DNA of 64,000 nt. Origin: Phoronis australis. Taxonomy: Eukaryota; Animalia; Phoronida. Location: the NCBI GenBank assembly GCA_002633005.1, contig NMRA01000435.1, forward strand, positions 62,001 to 126,000. Reading direction: 5' to 3'. Position numbers and translations under genes: made by a program. Within the stretch, counting starts at the first letter, position 1; each line of letters opens with the position of its first letter. Shown here piece by piece: positions 38,301 to 52,300 of the stretch. The notes under the pieces are model-generated. The model made no database searches, had not been told where the DNA came from, and saw nothing but the letters and a program-made list of their open reading frames with translations.

Positions 38301-39769
38301 TTACTTCCCCTGAATGATACAACTGACCAATCACGAAACACACTGCCACGTGAACCAGATGCGAGTTCTCAACTTTTTCCGACAGGAATAAAATTTGACA
38401 GCTTTGAAAATTATGATATATTACTGCTTTAATGATGTTAACATTATTGTGTGATTCGTCAAAAAATTGTTTATTATTGTGGGTGTGCAAGTCCACATTT
38501 TATGAGGTTTACCGAACGATAATTTGCGTAATGATTAGTCGGGGGGAAATATTACGCACTTTAGTGTTGGGAGATCTTGGGTGGTGAACGGTTTGACCAG
38601 AGAATAATCCAGTGCCATATTTTCAACAGAATGCATGGATTAACGAGAAACTGATGGCAAGGTTTTATTGACAACAGATTGTAATTCGCCAGCATGCCTA
38701 ACTACAATTTGGCATTTAACAGAGAACTTCAGCAGAGTTTGCGACAAAACAAAGGACCTCTGTTGACCCTGTGTATGTGAACTCTCCAGCCTAAATCTTA
38801 GCCCATGAACTACAGATCATCGGCAGCTACTGAAGAGCTGAGGCTATTATTGTGAACTAAACCTCGTGAAACAAAGCTTGCATTGAGAGATGGCAAGGCA
38901 ATAATTTGCCAGCCAATTAAATGAGCTTGGGTTTTATAATAGGCTTGGCAGTAATTAGATATAGAGAACAGATAAGGCTTGACATTTGCTGAACAATAGT
39001 TGTGATTATGCAAAAAGGTTAGATTAGGCCAACATCTGATAACATTTTATTGTACAAAACTCGGTTCACTTTAGACTGGACGTAATTCCAAGGTATCTAT
39101 ATTCTATGACAATGAAAAATTGGAGGATCCAGCTGAAAAATTTCCTCAAATTCGAACAAAAATAATTGTCCACATTGTTGTTTTCCATTTCTCAAACAGG
39201 TCACTCATTTCATTGTGTCTGCTGGTGACAGAAGCGCAGTATAAACAGTGCAAATAGTGATGTTTTTTCCTGTTTACTTTTGACGAAATTTTTGATAATA
39301 TAATATGTGTAACTGTTCCTCCAAATTGTATTCATATTGAAGACTTTTTTATGTATTGAACACGAATGAAAGACAATCTTCAAAAACACTCATATTAAAC
39401 TAAAAATTTTTTTAAGAAAATTAGATACAAATAGGCATTAAGAAATATGTTAAAAATGTGACGTTTGACTTCAGCATTCAAAAATCTACAACGCTTATTT
39501 TTACTTTCAAAATTTAATGAGACCTCTCTTAAATAACAATTTTGCTAGACTGAAAAGTATTAAGAGCCAAGTTTCTATAAAACCATTACTACTTAAAGTT
39601 GTGTAGGGCCGTAGAAAAATGTTCAAATTTGGTCAGCTTCAGAATCACATATCAAAAATGGCTGATTGGATTCACACAAAATTTTCAGCTGCTATGCTTT
39701 ATTCAATACTCTCCAAAGCTAATACGAATTGTTTTTAAATCTTTTTTGTTTGAGGGGCTAGTATTGAAA

Positions 39770-39875
39770 ATAGGACTTTTATGACTTTAATGAAAAAATC
39801 AGAAGTTACATCAAAAAACAAAACGATAATTTAGAAAACCGTAACATCGTTTTTGAGATTGCATCTTGAGATTAT
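39770..39875. repeat. Fragment of a dispersed AT-rich repeat family (related copies at ~1290-1410, ~6385-6450, ~7240-7300, ~52325-52445)
   Basis: Shared degenerate motif gataatttagaaaa.tgtaacagc.tttttgag/atatctca..ttgaacattta. Confidence 0.5.
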
Positions 39876-42800
39876 ATCATACAGAAACTGGTCGTCTTAT
39901 TTATACCGCTGTTTTGCTATCAATGTGCCTTTCCTTTTGCTAAATTTTACAAAAAAGACATATTCACGAGACCCAATTAATGCTGGCCTACTAAAAAGTT
40001 ATAAATCAGATTCTAAAGGTGAAAATGCATACTTTTACGGAGTTAAAATCTATAGTTTTGTAGATATTTCATTAAATACAGGCTTGTGGATAAGTTGCAA
40101 TCAAACCTTAAGATATTTACTTGAATTACATTGTTGTCCCTGTTATTATTGGTTGAAGTAATGAACTTCTTTTGTGTTAAAAAAGATTCTATAAAACTGC
40201 AAAATGGACGACCAACTTCAGACGAAACTGCATGAGCAATCCGGTAACAGTCACTTACAGGGGGGGTCCCGCATTTCGAGAACTAGTTTCCTCCACTGAA
40301 TCATGGGCATCAATCTGGTTCTTAAAATGCAGGACTTGTATAAGAGGCTAAATGCTTGCAATCCTGCCAACTGTGCTCTGAGATTTAACCTCGTATCCAA
40401 ACAGATACACCAATATGCCAGGCCATAAAAACACCAGCAATATACCAAGTGACTAGCCCAATCAATGGGACTACAATAATGAGCTCTTATCACACATCAA
40501 ATGTTATTTCTGAAGATGAAGGAAAAGCTTAGGGGCCATGAATCTTTTATGAAGATTAGGTAAATCCTGCATTTTACATCTTGGGGATATATGTGGACAT
40601 AAATCCATTAAACAAATTACTTGAATATCTGGGGTTGAAAACAAGAGTGCTACTCAGACATTCCTCTGAACTCTGCTCTGTTAGCCTCATCTGTGCTGAA
40701 TAGACAAGAAGATATAGGTTACTATGGCGACTATTTGAATCGGCCAATCAGCAACCACAGCACAGAGGAATCTGAAAGTATGGTTAGTACTGTCAATGTG
40801 GTTTTATGCCTGATATTGCAAACGATGCCATATTAGACAAAACAGCGGACACTTCACAAGCAGATATTCAGTTACTTGGCTGTACCCACTATCCCTCTCA
40901 GTAAGAAAGATAAGCTTACAGTTTTAAGTCATCGGCCTAGTAACAACTAGTACATTGGAGAATTAGTGTTTAGCAGGTCACTGGAACTTCACACTTCTAG
41001 TTACGATTTCCCCACTGAGAACACATTTGGAGATGTTAACAGCATCCGCTTGTCACAATGAGGTCGCATCTCTTCAAATATCTTTATTACACACAGATTT
41101 TAACACATGAATACCTATTTCAAAATCTTGGTGAGCACGGAAATGATCAGTGAAAACAAAAATAATGTCTACAGGTTAAATGCCATGTTTTAACTAAATA
41201 CTGCGAATTTTTATGGACATCACCGTAAATCCCTCATCATTAATTTTTCGCATTAAACTTACAAATTAAGTATATTTATTCTGTTGCTTACATAAATGTG
41301 TCTGAGATATTTTTCAGATTTTTTAGACTTGACAGTCAAAAATCCGAACTACGCAAATGCATAAAATCTTCCTTTCTGACCAAGACAAAGTCTTATTGAA
41401 TGGTGCTGATTGTGACATATAGTAAAGGACTTTCTTTCTGGTCTTAATTTGTTCTAATTCTAGGTCTCAAATGATGCGATATTCACAAATGAAACTGCAC
41501 TCACATGAGACATTCCATCACTCTCACGTTCACACCCCAAAAAGAATCTCATACAATGTAATTACGATCATTTTGTATCACTTTCACCACGACAACTGGT
41601 CAAAGACCTTTCAACTTGGCCCAACCCACAGACAGACTCTTCCAATATAGGCTGTTACAGCAAACAACCTTACTTAACACCCAGAGGGAGGTGGAAAGCT
41701 GTGAACCAGTTGGCTGTCCATTATCTACACCAGACATATAGAGTTCCCAATGAGTCATTCTATCACTGACCCCAGTGGCATCTACAGGGTGAGTGGAAAA
41801 CTACCACCAACATCTGATGAAGTCGAGATCTGAAGCTCAGACCTTGATCGTAACCATTAGCATAAATATGTTTCTATAAGTTATTTACGAAACATCAAAA
41901 TAAGCCAAACCAAAAGATCCTCCAACTAAATTCATGGCTCTTACTTTCAGTGGATATGCTCTATGATTTACACAGTCAGTTATTCGATAATTTTATGGTT
42001 GTACGAAGAATTCCCGCAATGTCTGCAATTAAACTTTTATTGCCAACTTCGTCAATTTTCACCAAGGACTCACAGCAGTGTAAGGAAAGCTTAGAATTTC
42101 ACAACGGAACATTTGACAACAGCCATGTAATATAAATATTAAACCATGATGATTAGAAGGCAAAATTTTAAATAAAATCTCACCAATTACAGTTGGACAT
42201 AAAGTGGGAGCAGGCTGAATATTTTCCCCGTTTATGCACAAGAAGTGAGTAGCACCATATGAACGCATTACCAGTGTCAAGTTTCATACATTCCATCACA
42301 CAGTATTTCTGAAAAGGTGAGCACTGTTAGTAGTGAGAGGTGGTGAAAAAAAAGCAATTCTGTCGATTATTTTTACATACCTTTATCATACTTTTGAAAA
42401 TCCTGGTATTAGTTTTAAGCAAAATGAGTCAAAAATTACCTTCTATATAGCTAAATGGGGTATCCTACTTTTCAGCAACATTCCTGCCAGCATCAAAAAT
42501 GTAACTGAGTACAGCCCCCCCCCCACCCCCTCCCCGTATATTGTTACAAAGCTCGACCAAACTATGTACATACCAGATTAACTGCAGAAAAGGATTGGAA
42601 ATGAAGCAGATACAAGCCTGCCTTTCATTAGAAAAAACTCTATTCTAATTAATATTACCTACCGCTTATGAAATTTGTCTCAATTTATTCTTTAGTCAGA
42701 ATTGACGAGATTTCTGGGGTTGGAAAGATCTGAAACTTTGCTACGGCTTCAGACGAGTTGAATTGTACTGGCATGTCAATTAATTTGACCAGCACGATCT

Positions 42801-42900
42801 CGAGCAATGATAGACCGTCAATCAGTTCTTATCCAAGTAAGGAACAAGTTGAGACCAATTTCATAGTCATAAACGGTCTAAATCAAAAGTTAGTTTCTTT

Positions 42901-43113
42901 GCTGTAACACGCGTCTGCTGCTGCAACACGCGTCTGCTGCTGCAACACGCGTCTGCTGCTGCAACACGCGTCTACTGCTGCAACACGCGTCTGCTGCTGC
43001 AACACGCGTCTGCTGCTGCAACACGCGTCTGCTGCTGCAACACGCGTCTGCTGCTGCAACACCCGTCTGCTGCTGCAACACGCGTCTACTGCTGTAGCAC
43101 ATGTCTACTGCTG
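42901..43113. repeat. Minisatellite, 19-bp unit (gcgtctgctgctgcaacac) x ~11
   Basis: Direct inspection. It explains the 19-aa periodic pseudo-ORF 42890..43189. Confidence 0.95.
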
Positions 43114-46100
43114 CTTTAAGAGCAAGGTGAGTAGGGCTATGATTCAATTTCCTGTAAAGTAAATTCAGATTCATGACACAACTTGGCACTGTTTAAGAAA
43201 ACTTATGTCGTGAATTTCAAATTTTTCTACATCACCTAAATATTGATTGTGCAGGGTTTAAACTGAAACTAAAGATGTCACAAGAAATACTCTTGATGAA
43301 CGGTGCAGTGTTAAGCAGAAACGAGTAAGAATTTAAAAAGCTATTCAGGATTCACAAAATTAGTTTAATTATTTAACCAAAAAAACAAAGAAATTTATCT
43401 CTTACCAACAATTTATGGCCTGATAATTTTAATTGGCAACAGCTCTTTCAGTACAACAACGATTGACAACGAAGCTGTTCATTTAACTTAAAGTAAGCAC
43501 TGGTGCACAATAAATTTGTTGAAAAATAACATCTAAGACATTTGGTGCACCCTGTATAGGACACATTGAACCAGACAGGCAGGAGGTTCTTGTATTTGAG
43601 CTGCCATTTTTAGCAACACATTACCTTTGACTTCAACTCAGACTAAGCTGGTGGAGAACCAGTATCTGATACGCAAATAAGGCAAATAGCTGTCCTGCAT
43701 GAATCTACATCAGTACTAATTACACTTATTAAGATCATTCAGGCTACCAAGAATATAATTGGTCCCACACAAGTATCATTACAAGACAACACAAATCAAC
43801 TAAAGGCATGAGATAAAATCATAAATTTACTACTAGTACTAAGAAGAAAATAACATTATAGAACACAGCAGCCAGCCATCAAGATTCTTTTGAGGCTTTT
43901 CACACACTAAGAGTGAAGTGGAAATTTCGGACCGGAGACCAACCAATGAACTACAAATTATCCTAGTTGTGAACAAGAGTTTCAATGCGAAAATAAAAGC
44001 CATGTGCAACGTTCCATAAATAACCAGGTCACTAACAAAAATGGCACCCATGAAGAACAGCAACTTTGGCGACACCTAGTGACCAACAGTGTCAACAAGA
44101 AGTCACATGGTGAGAATTATGATTTCAAATAAGCAACTAGACTATGTGCAAAACTGAAATAAAGACAAAGCATTAGAGATGATTTTGTTAATTACATAAG
44201 AGAACAAGCCTATCTATCTAGGTTTCAAGCCAAAAAACATCGAGATCTACTTCAGTTTTTCTTTGAGCTAATTTAGCTGTCAAAAAAATTTCATAATTAA
44301 AAGTTTACGTGGCTTTTAACAAAAAACATTTTTAAACCAACACCTGTACTAGCAACTAAAGTTTTAAAGATTTACAGAAGCAGTCAGCCATGTCCTGCTT
44401 ACCAAATTAATAATGGGGTAACCAAGTTAGTTGTGTGGTTCAAATAAAAATTTATTAACCCATTGAAGGTATGAAACACAGTCACTACATAAAGGCAAGG
44501 CGCAATAAACGTGCGCCTTGTCAGAGACCAACTTTCGATTGATACCACTAGTCATTAGAAAATCGGTCTCATCGTGCTCTTAACTCGGATAGAAATGTTT
44601 TTTAGGGTTCAAAAGAGTTGACAGTATGTCATTGCTTCTGACCTGAATCCATTAAGTTCCTGGTGATAAACATGGATAAGTTTCAGGGGTCAAAAACAGA
44701 TTGGTACTCTGAGGAAATTCAGACATTTCACTGTCACTAATTGCAAGTTAAACAAAGCATAGGAACCCAGTGGCAAGGCTTTGAAAGAGCCCGAAGCCCA
44801 GTGAAGAGAATCGCCCTCGACCCCACTGCATTGTCTATCAATGTTCATTGATGCTATTTGCAAAATTCTCGCGAAAATGGAAGATGTTTAGAATAAATCC
44901 GTAGAGTTTAAGAATCGAAGAAGCAATTTAGAAAGTCCTACAAAGTGATTTGGGATGTTTCAGGAAAAATAAAGCTAAAATGGCCTAAATTGCAACAATT
45001 TGGGATATTGAAATTGTTAGAAAAGTTTCAAGTTTCGTTGTTATTTTTGACTCTAAATAAGAGCATTTTCTAAATCTATCATTTCTGTAAGATTAAAAGA
45101 ATTAGTTTAGATTTTCTAAGTACCAAAACTCTCCTGTGTTGCAAAGTTCGAGACCTCAAGTTCCAGGCCTCAAGTTCTAGGCACTGAAAGCTAAACAGTG
45201 TACCACAGTACTCACTGCTACTACACATAAATTTGCCTCGTCTTAATGCATCCGAGTCACATGCAATTAAAAAATCTATGCCAAGTATCACTCAATATGG
45301 CCTCAAAACGATAGTCAACTACTAAACTTTATGTCCTTTCTTAAAAAGTTCACAAAAGTGTGTCCACACTGTAATAGTACGTGAAAGTGCCTAAGGCAGC
45401 TCCCTGACTCAAAAGCAGTTAACCTTGAATCATCACTATGCTATTTCTGTAACACAACCCTGGAGTGCGAGTTATGTAAAAAAAGCTCGTCTAACAAAAT
45501 GTGAGGGATCCCCTCCTATCACCTGTCACGTGTCACATACCGTGAAACAAAACATCAAAGAACACTATCTTTTGATCTTCACCAGTTGTTATGTAGAAGA
45601 CGAAAGCAAGAACTGGGCCGAGATTTCCGGATCGCAATAAGATGAAGGGAATCAAGAGCTATGGGGACCTGTCCTCAATTTCATTCAAAAGCAATAGCAA
45701 AATTTTAGTTTTATGTAAGTTATGCTTCATGACATCTGAATGGCAAAAACCTTGCTTATATTATTACATGATACAGTGCGTGTACTTTTGTTGAACTAAA
45801 GAAAATGCTTTTCTAACAAACAGCCTTCTTGCGTGCTGTATTAATGTGTTTGTTATAACAGACAACAACTGATTAGCCTTTCTGCAATGATATAGCACTT
45901 GGTTTGGACCAATGTCTTGCAACAACCAATTTGATTGGATGACAGACAACTGATTAGGCCTCAGAAAATGTGTAATTGAGGTTTTTGCTAAGGAACTAAG
46001 TTAGTTGGTCAGCTGTGAAGCTGAGCCAAGCTGTTGGGAGGATGAAAGTTACACCATCTTGAAACTAGTTTTCTCAACAGAAAATGCAGCATAACGACGG

Positions 46101-49100
46101 TTCTACCCACAACCCCTGTAACCAAGAGAGTTCTACCCAGAGTTCCCTGTAACCTGGTGGTATGAAATAGAATGATATAGTAACAATGAAAGCCAAACGT
46201 TTATGCGATGTCAACAAACAGAAGTGGGTTTGAAAGTTGAATTAGCAACCAAATTATAAATTCCACGATGGACACGCAGTAAGTATCAAACAAGCTAACT
46301 TCCCTTGAGAATTCTTCCCTACTTAGCCTAGCATAATGCAAAACATTAAATAACAATTTGCACACATGATCTGAGAAAAATCCCAAACATTATGACATTT
46401 CTGAAAGTTCAACAAGGAATAGACAAGTGCATATTGAATTCAGTCAAGCCAGTAGAAGGCAAGACCTTCCTAAGTAGACCTTGTCTAATTATGATAGATA
46501 AAGGGAATTGAAGTTTGATAGATACAGCTAATTACTTTGTGTCCATGGATGGTGAATTGGTTTCATATCTAGTCATGGCAATTTGTAAACTGGCAGTGGC
46601 TGACTCGCCAATCGATACAGGATGTAGTTGACTGGGCACGTATCTATGCCAATTCCAACAGACAGTTTTTAATCAAAGTGAAAACAAAAAATCAATAGAG
46701 ACGTTCTGAAACCCGTGTTTCCTTCGCCGCAAGGGAAGTAAATTCAAGACCCATCATGCTGCTCCATTTCAAAGGAACAAAATCGACGAGTTTGGTTTAC
46801 AAAAGAAGGATGTTTGAAAACAGGCTCTCGGTTTTCAGACCGCAGTGGAAAGTATAGCGTGGACGAGATATTTTTGGCGAGATCCTGAGAATGCCTGGAA
46901 TGGTGAGCAGAGAGGCAACTGGCCTTAAACAGCTTGGAACAGTCCACTTTGCTAGCTCGGGTGGGGTCAGACTAGATAATGTGAAATATGAGCAGAACCT
47001 GTAGTGTATGCTGGAACTGAGCCCAAGAGCATGTTCAATCAGGAGACGCACGCACGACTGTATGAGCAAGACTTCTTGAGTTTTTTACACGATTAATTAA
47101 CAAGCCACGGCGACAAAGGTGTTGGATGGTGCTGCGCTCCAGCGACCATGGTGTTTTAATGGCTGGAGTCGTTTTGCTCCGAAAGACTGACCAATGACAG
47201 TCGGGGGAGGCATTAGACAGGATTAATGCCTGCATTAGCCCGGGAGTAATGCCCATTAGCTTGTTTACTATTCAATACAATAAGCGTACGCAGTGATGAT
47301 GACAACTCCTCAGGGATTATCACTAGTAACAATGGCTCGTTCTCGGCTGGAGAGTGGACCGTTCCTGCGGAGAACCGCATTGGATCGTTTCCGCATACGT
47401 CTGTTCAATAATGGCCGAGGCCGAGAGCATCACTGCTACATATATGTCTATCATGCCGTGCATGCCATGGCTAGCCTAGACCAAGTGAGACCGACTTATA
47501 TTTAAACTAATATGTAAATGCTGTGTGCAGGCTACCAGCAGATGCCAACACAGTCGTCTTCAACAGCTGAGGGGAGTCATGCAGAGGAGAAAACGACGAG
47601 TGCATGGGTCACAGACTTGGGGAGTGCAACGTGGTGGGGAGTGTAGCACGGGGGTGAGACTTGGGCTCACACACCGCCTGGTGTACCACCTTTTCACACT
47701 AAGCTTTTTTCGTGAGGAGATTTCACATTTGTCAATCAAAAGAAGATGCTGTCATCTGCTGACTCAACTCTGCGACCAGACAAGTGTTATTTAAATTAGG
47801 CATTCTTCTGAGTTATTAATGGCTCGCATAATGAGTTAATTAGCACAGGTTTGTTGTCTAATTACCTACGAGTCTGGCAGCACTGGGGACCACCAATAAT
47901 TGGCTCAGAGGTGACGAATGGGATTATGCAAATTTTATTTATTAATTTCTGTCATATTTACTTTGCTGATTTCATCAAGCAAACTCGCACTGACGCACTG
48001 ACCTAATTCAATGAGGTGGACAAGTTATCTGAGATGGAGTTGAGCACTAATCCTGCAGGATCTGTGGACGAATCATCATTATACAGTACATAGTTCTTAT
48101 CACATGTTGTAACTATGAGTTTCTGTGTGAAAGAAACAATGACGGGAATTTTGAGAAGATGACTCACCAACCAAAAACTGAAACTTCAGGTAAGTACAAC
48201 AATTAGCGCGTCTCTGACATTCAAGCAGGTATTAAACTCTCGGTAACCCTACCAAAGGTAAGTCACGTAATCCTTTCACCCACCTTTCAACAGCTTTAGT
48301 ACAACATTTTATGACAGTAATCAAAGTTATTTCATGTTGACTTTGACTAATCCTTCAATAATTACAATTTCCCTCAACATATTCCATTGAAGCATTATTT
48401 TTCAATATTTAATGTTAGAAAATAGGTTTTTGTAAGAAACAATGATATTCCTATGTACAAAAACTATCAGTAAAAACTATTCAAGCATTTATTCAAGAAT
48501 TACATCACCTATAACTAATTTATCTATAGGAATGTGAGAGTACAACAATGCCACTACTAAATACGCTTGCGCCCCATGAATGGAAATGGCTCATTGACAC
48601 TTAACCAAAATGAAAGGCCTCTCCCTGAGGCTCGAGGGATTTGCATCTAATGCAAATAGCCATGCAGCGCATTGATCGCAGACACTGTAAATGGACTGGC
48701 ACGCCACTTATGCAAAAGGTTGGAGATAGAAAATCATTTAATTGCTTGTAGTTTCTGTCTGATGTATCTACTGGGTCATATCTGGCGGAAAGCACGACTA
48801 TGCAAATGGATGCCATGATCGAAGGAATCGTGTTTCAATGGTCTTTGGTAATCACATTCTCGCTTCATGATGTTATTAGATATAAAAATGATTCAAGGTC
48901 AGAAGACTGTTATCTATCCTAGGACATTTGGTTAGTGTACGTTACCACAAACATGTTCTGTCATTTTTCTTTCACTGACCTTGGAAACACCGAAGGAGAC
49001 CGTCATGTACAAAAACGTGTTAGCTACTGTCAGTATTTGAGTCATGTCGCAACCATCCAATAGCCACGCAGTGCACTGCTTTGTGCGCTATCAATGTGAC

Positions 49101-49224
49101 CTCCAGAGGGAGACATAACAAGGAGATTGGCTGGCATTATTTAACAAAATACACCGAGAGATGCATCTGCAAAACCAGGTAGACTTTGCCAGGCAACAGC
49201 TGTGGATGGTCAAACTACGTCGGG

Positions 49225-49300
49225 TGTCAGTCTATAGGTGGTTGACGCAGGGCCAAGTCGGGTAACAGTATTTGGTCCCCTTCAACCAGCTGTAGTTGGC
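49225..49300 (+). ncRNA. mir-133: pre-miR-133 hairpin; mature 3p (T)TTGGTCCCCTTCAACCAGCTGT at 49271/2-49293
   Basis: Mature miR-133 sequence. The 5p arm AGGTGGTTGACGCAGGGCCAAGT and the basal stem gtcagtctatag / ctgtagttggc form the hairpin. Confidence 0.97.
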
Positions 49301-52300
49301 CTCTTGAACGACGTGACACACGGCAACACACGGCCGGACCATGAACGGTATGTATAATGACAACAAGCTTTCTTCGCCAGTAAGTCTCCTCACAATTCAA
49401 GGAAGAGTATTTCAAATTCAAGAGCACGTCATATCTTTTCTCCAGTCACAGGCCATAGGAGGAAGTAGCTTTTAGCACTATTCTAGCGACTCCACACGGA
49501 TTTAGGCACAAAATTTGGGCAGAAGAGTGGAAGTTCATTTGATCAACGCTCTTAAGTAAAAGAAACAGGAAGAAAAGCTTATTTCATAACTAGAATGACT
49601 TGACAGATGTACTTTTTTAAATGACAATTGTGCCAATTTCTTTAGCGTGAAGACCCTGATAAATTATAATTTTCTCTTGGTAGGGTTTGAAAATAACCGC
49701 AACATATTTGAAATCTAATTTAAATTAATTTGAGGTACAGTATATAGCTTTGACCAAAATGTTTTTATCATTACATAGAATTGGTTTGTAAAAATCGATG
49801 TCTACTTGCTTCACATAAATCATAAGCCACACACTAAACTTGATTAGAGCCTAACTTTGATACTACTTTATATTGTATATATTTGTTTAGGAGGCGGCAA
49901 TACGCGTGAATTGGTGACGATAATGGATCCCCAGGAGGTACAGCCAATGCGCTGTTCAGAGGGGCCACTTTTTCATATCCATATTTCCCAAGAAAGAGTG
50001 CATAAACAAGAGGGTCATTTTCTGACATAACTTCCAACAAAAGGTTTCATTTCGAAAGTTCAAAACTCTACAAAAGAGTATGGCGCCCTCATTTTTGTGA
50101 ACATGGCATCTCTTCTTGTACTGTTTTGGGTGCAATGCATTAATAATTCAGCTGTTGAAGAATCCTTCCGAGAGTGTAAGGGCCAACAAGTATTTTTCAA
50201 AGAAAACCCTACAAAACGATGACATTTTCATGGAATCTCCCAACAAATGAGTCCCCCTTTCACGTCCACTTTCCAAATAGGTGGATATCTCAATTCCCAA
50301 CTCCAAAGAACATTGGCAACAGGAAAGGAATACCTATTTCAAACTTTGCATGCCTCGTCGAATATTTAGCAAGAGCATGAACGAGTAAGAAGTTATGTAG
50401 GTAAGACGAAGGCATGATGGTCCGACACCCACCAACCAAATGTAAGTACAGGTATGTTGATGGATTGCAGCCCAGATGGTGATATGTCTAAGATGCAGAG
50501 TGGGGAGCGGTAATATCGTCTGCTGCCCGTGAATATCGTCTGCTCACCGTGAATATCTTCTGCTGTTTCTAGTGTTTGAAACATTGCATAGAATGAGTAG
50601 GAAAGGGGAGGAATGTGCTTGTGAAAACAGATCCGTCTTGTCTGATCATTTACAGCTGTAAAATATTAACTTCTGTTAAATTCATTTCATTTTCTGCTTT
50701 ATTGCTTATAATTCCACAGCTATGAAATTATCCAGAAAGCAAGAAAATTATGAAAAAGAAAATTATACTTAACTCGACAAAAAATGTGATTTTTTTTATT
50801 AAAATAAGCTAAGAAATATTCACATCAAAAAAACCCAATAATTCAACGTTTCCTGATAGAAATTACTCAATGTTACTTGAATTTCATAACTGAGTATTGG
50901 AGTTTTACATGAGGATAAAATTTGGATAAAAAGTTTAACCTCAATGCAGTGTGACGTTCGTGGAAAATTTTACATGTAATCCAGACTGTGTCTCCATTGA
51001 TCATCATATGAAATTTTCTAAAAGAAACCATACCCAAGACTCATCAAAATTTATTATGAAAATAGGGCAGCGAAGTGGTGCTACACGTTGCGTTTTATTA
51101 CATGAGTACTGATAGCATAAAACACAGTACAATGACTTCCAAAGACATGATGTTGCCCTGCTGGGCAGTATCACGTTTCTTTTAGTGGTCTAGATGACAG
51201 ATGTCCCTATTTGGGATCTAACTTACCAATTACACCCTACTGAATCACAACACCTGACCACCTAAACAAAGCTGGAAGATCTTGATAGCATATTTAAGGT
51301 GGTAAAAACACGTCAGTCTAATTAAAAAATGGAGAAATCAGAGGAAAGAAATGTCAACAAATTTAGACCTATCTCTGATCGTTTATAAGCGGTTATAAAC
51401 CTCGGAAGAACAACCCCCCCTGGGGCCATATACGATCTGGAGTTTTGCTCGGGATGGGTTCATATTCGCATAATACCATCCACGAGAACCTGGATTTGAC
51501 AAGTCATGTTTGAAAAGCTTTTTAATCTGAACAGAAACTGAAAATACCTGGAGTACTCACTAAGGCAGGAGTAAACTCTGCAAGACGACCACTACTCCAG
51601 AGAAGAATTACGTTAAAAATCAATTAACAATAGGCTCACAATATGCCGCAAAGAATGAAATTGATTTCTTCTCAATTTTAGTCATGTTTATTCAATAATT
51701 CCCTAGAAATGTTCAGGAACAAATTTTTGATAAGCTCTTGTAAAAAGTACTGAAAGCTGCTAAAAATTCAGCAAAATCCTGCCGACGTCATCATTTAAAG
51801 TGGCATTTCCTCTCTCTGTAAGGTCCAGATGTGGAAATTATGAAACTAGAAGATTAATTCCCATAAACTTGCCATGACAATAATTGGTTTATTTGAGTCA
51901 AAGAACAAATTGAAGAGTTAGTCAACTCCATCAAAATCGATGGCATTTTGACACTCTTTTTTGCTTGCCAAAGAATTGAAGGGTCTTTTAGGAACTGTCT
52001 CTAAAATTTTGGACATTGAAATTCGAGCCAAAATTGAATTTTCGTAATTGTAATGATTGGGACAAAGTCAGTTTTGGCGTTATATTTCCTTAACATGGAA
52101 AACTGGGTTTTGTTTCGTAAGAGTCTCAAAATAGACCTGACGGATTCTATTGCCGAAAATAGGCGCCCACGGAACGTTTTCATGAGTCACCATAGTGTAT
52201 TCCTGCTCAGCCTTGTCTTTTGGTATGCAGACTTAAATATTTTGTGTGACTGAGTGACCACATATCTGTTTCAGGAAAGTGACATCAGAATATGTAGGAC

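Noticed and set aside
42890-43189. 99-aa repetitive Cys/Gln/Ala ORF, or a CRISPR-like array
   Set aside because: It is the translation of a 19-bp minisatellite. There are no unique spacers, and the context is a eukaryotic intron.
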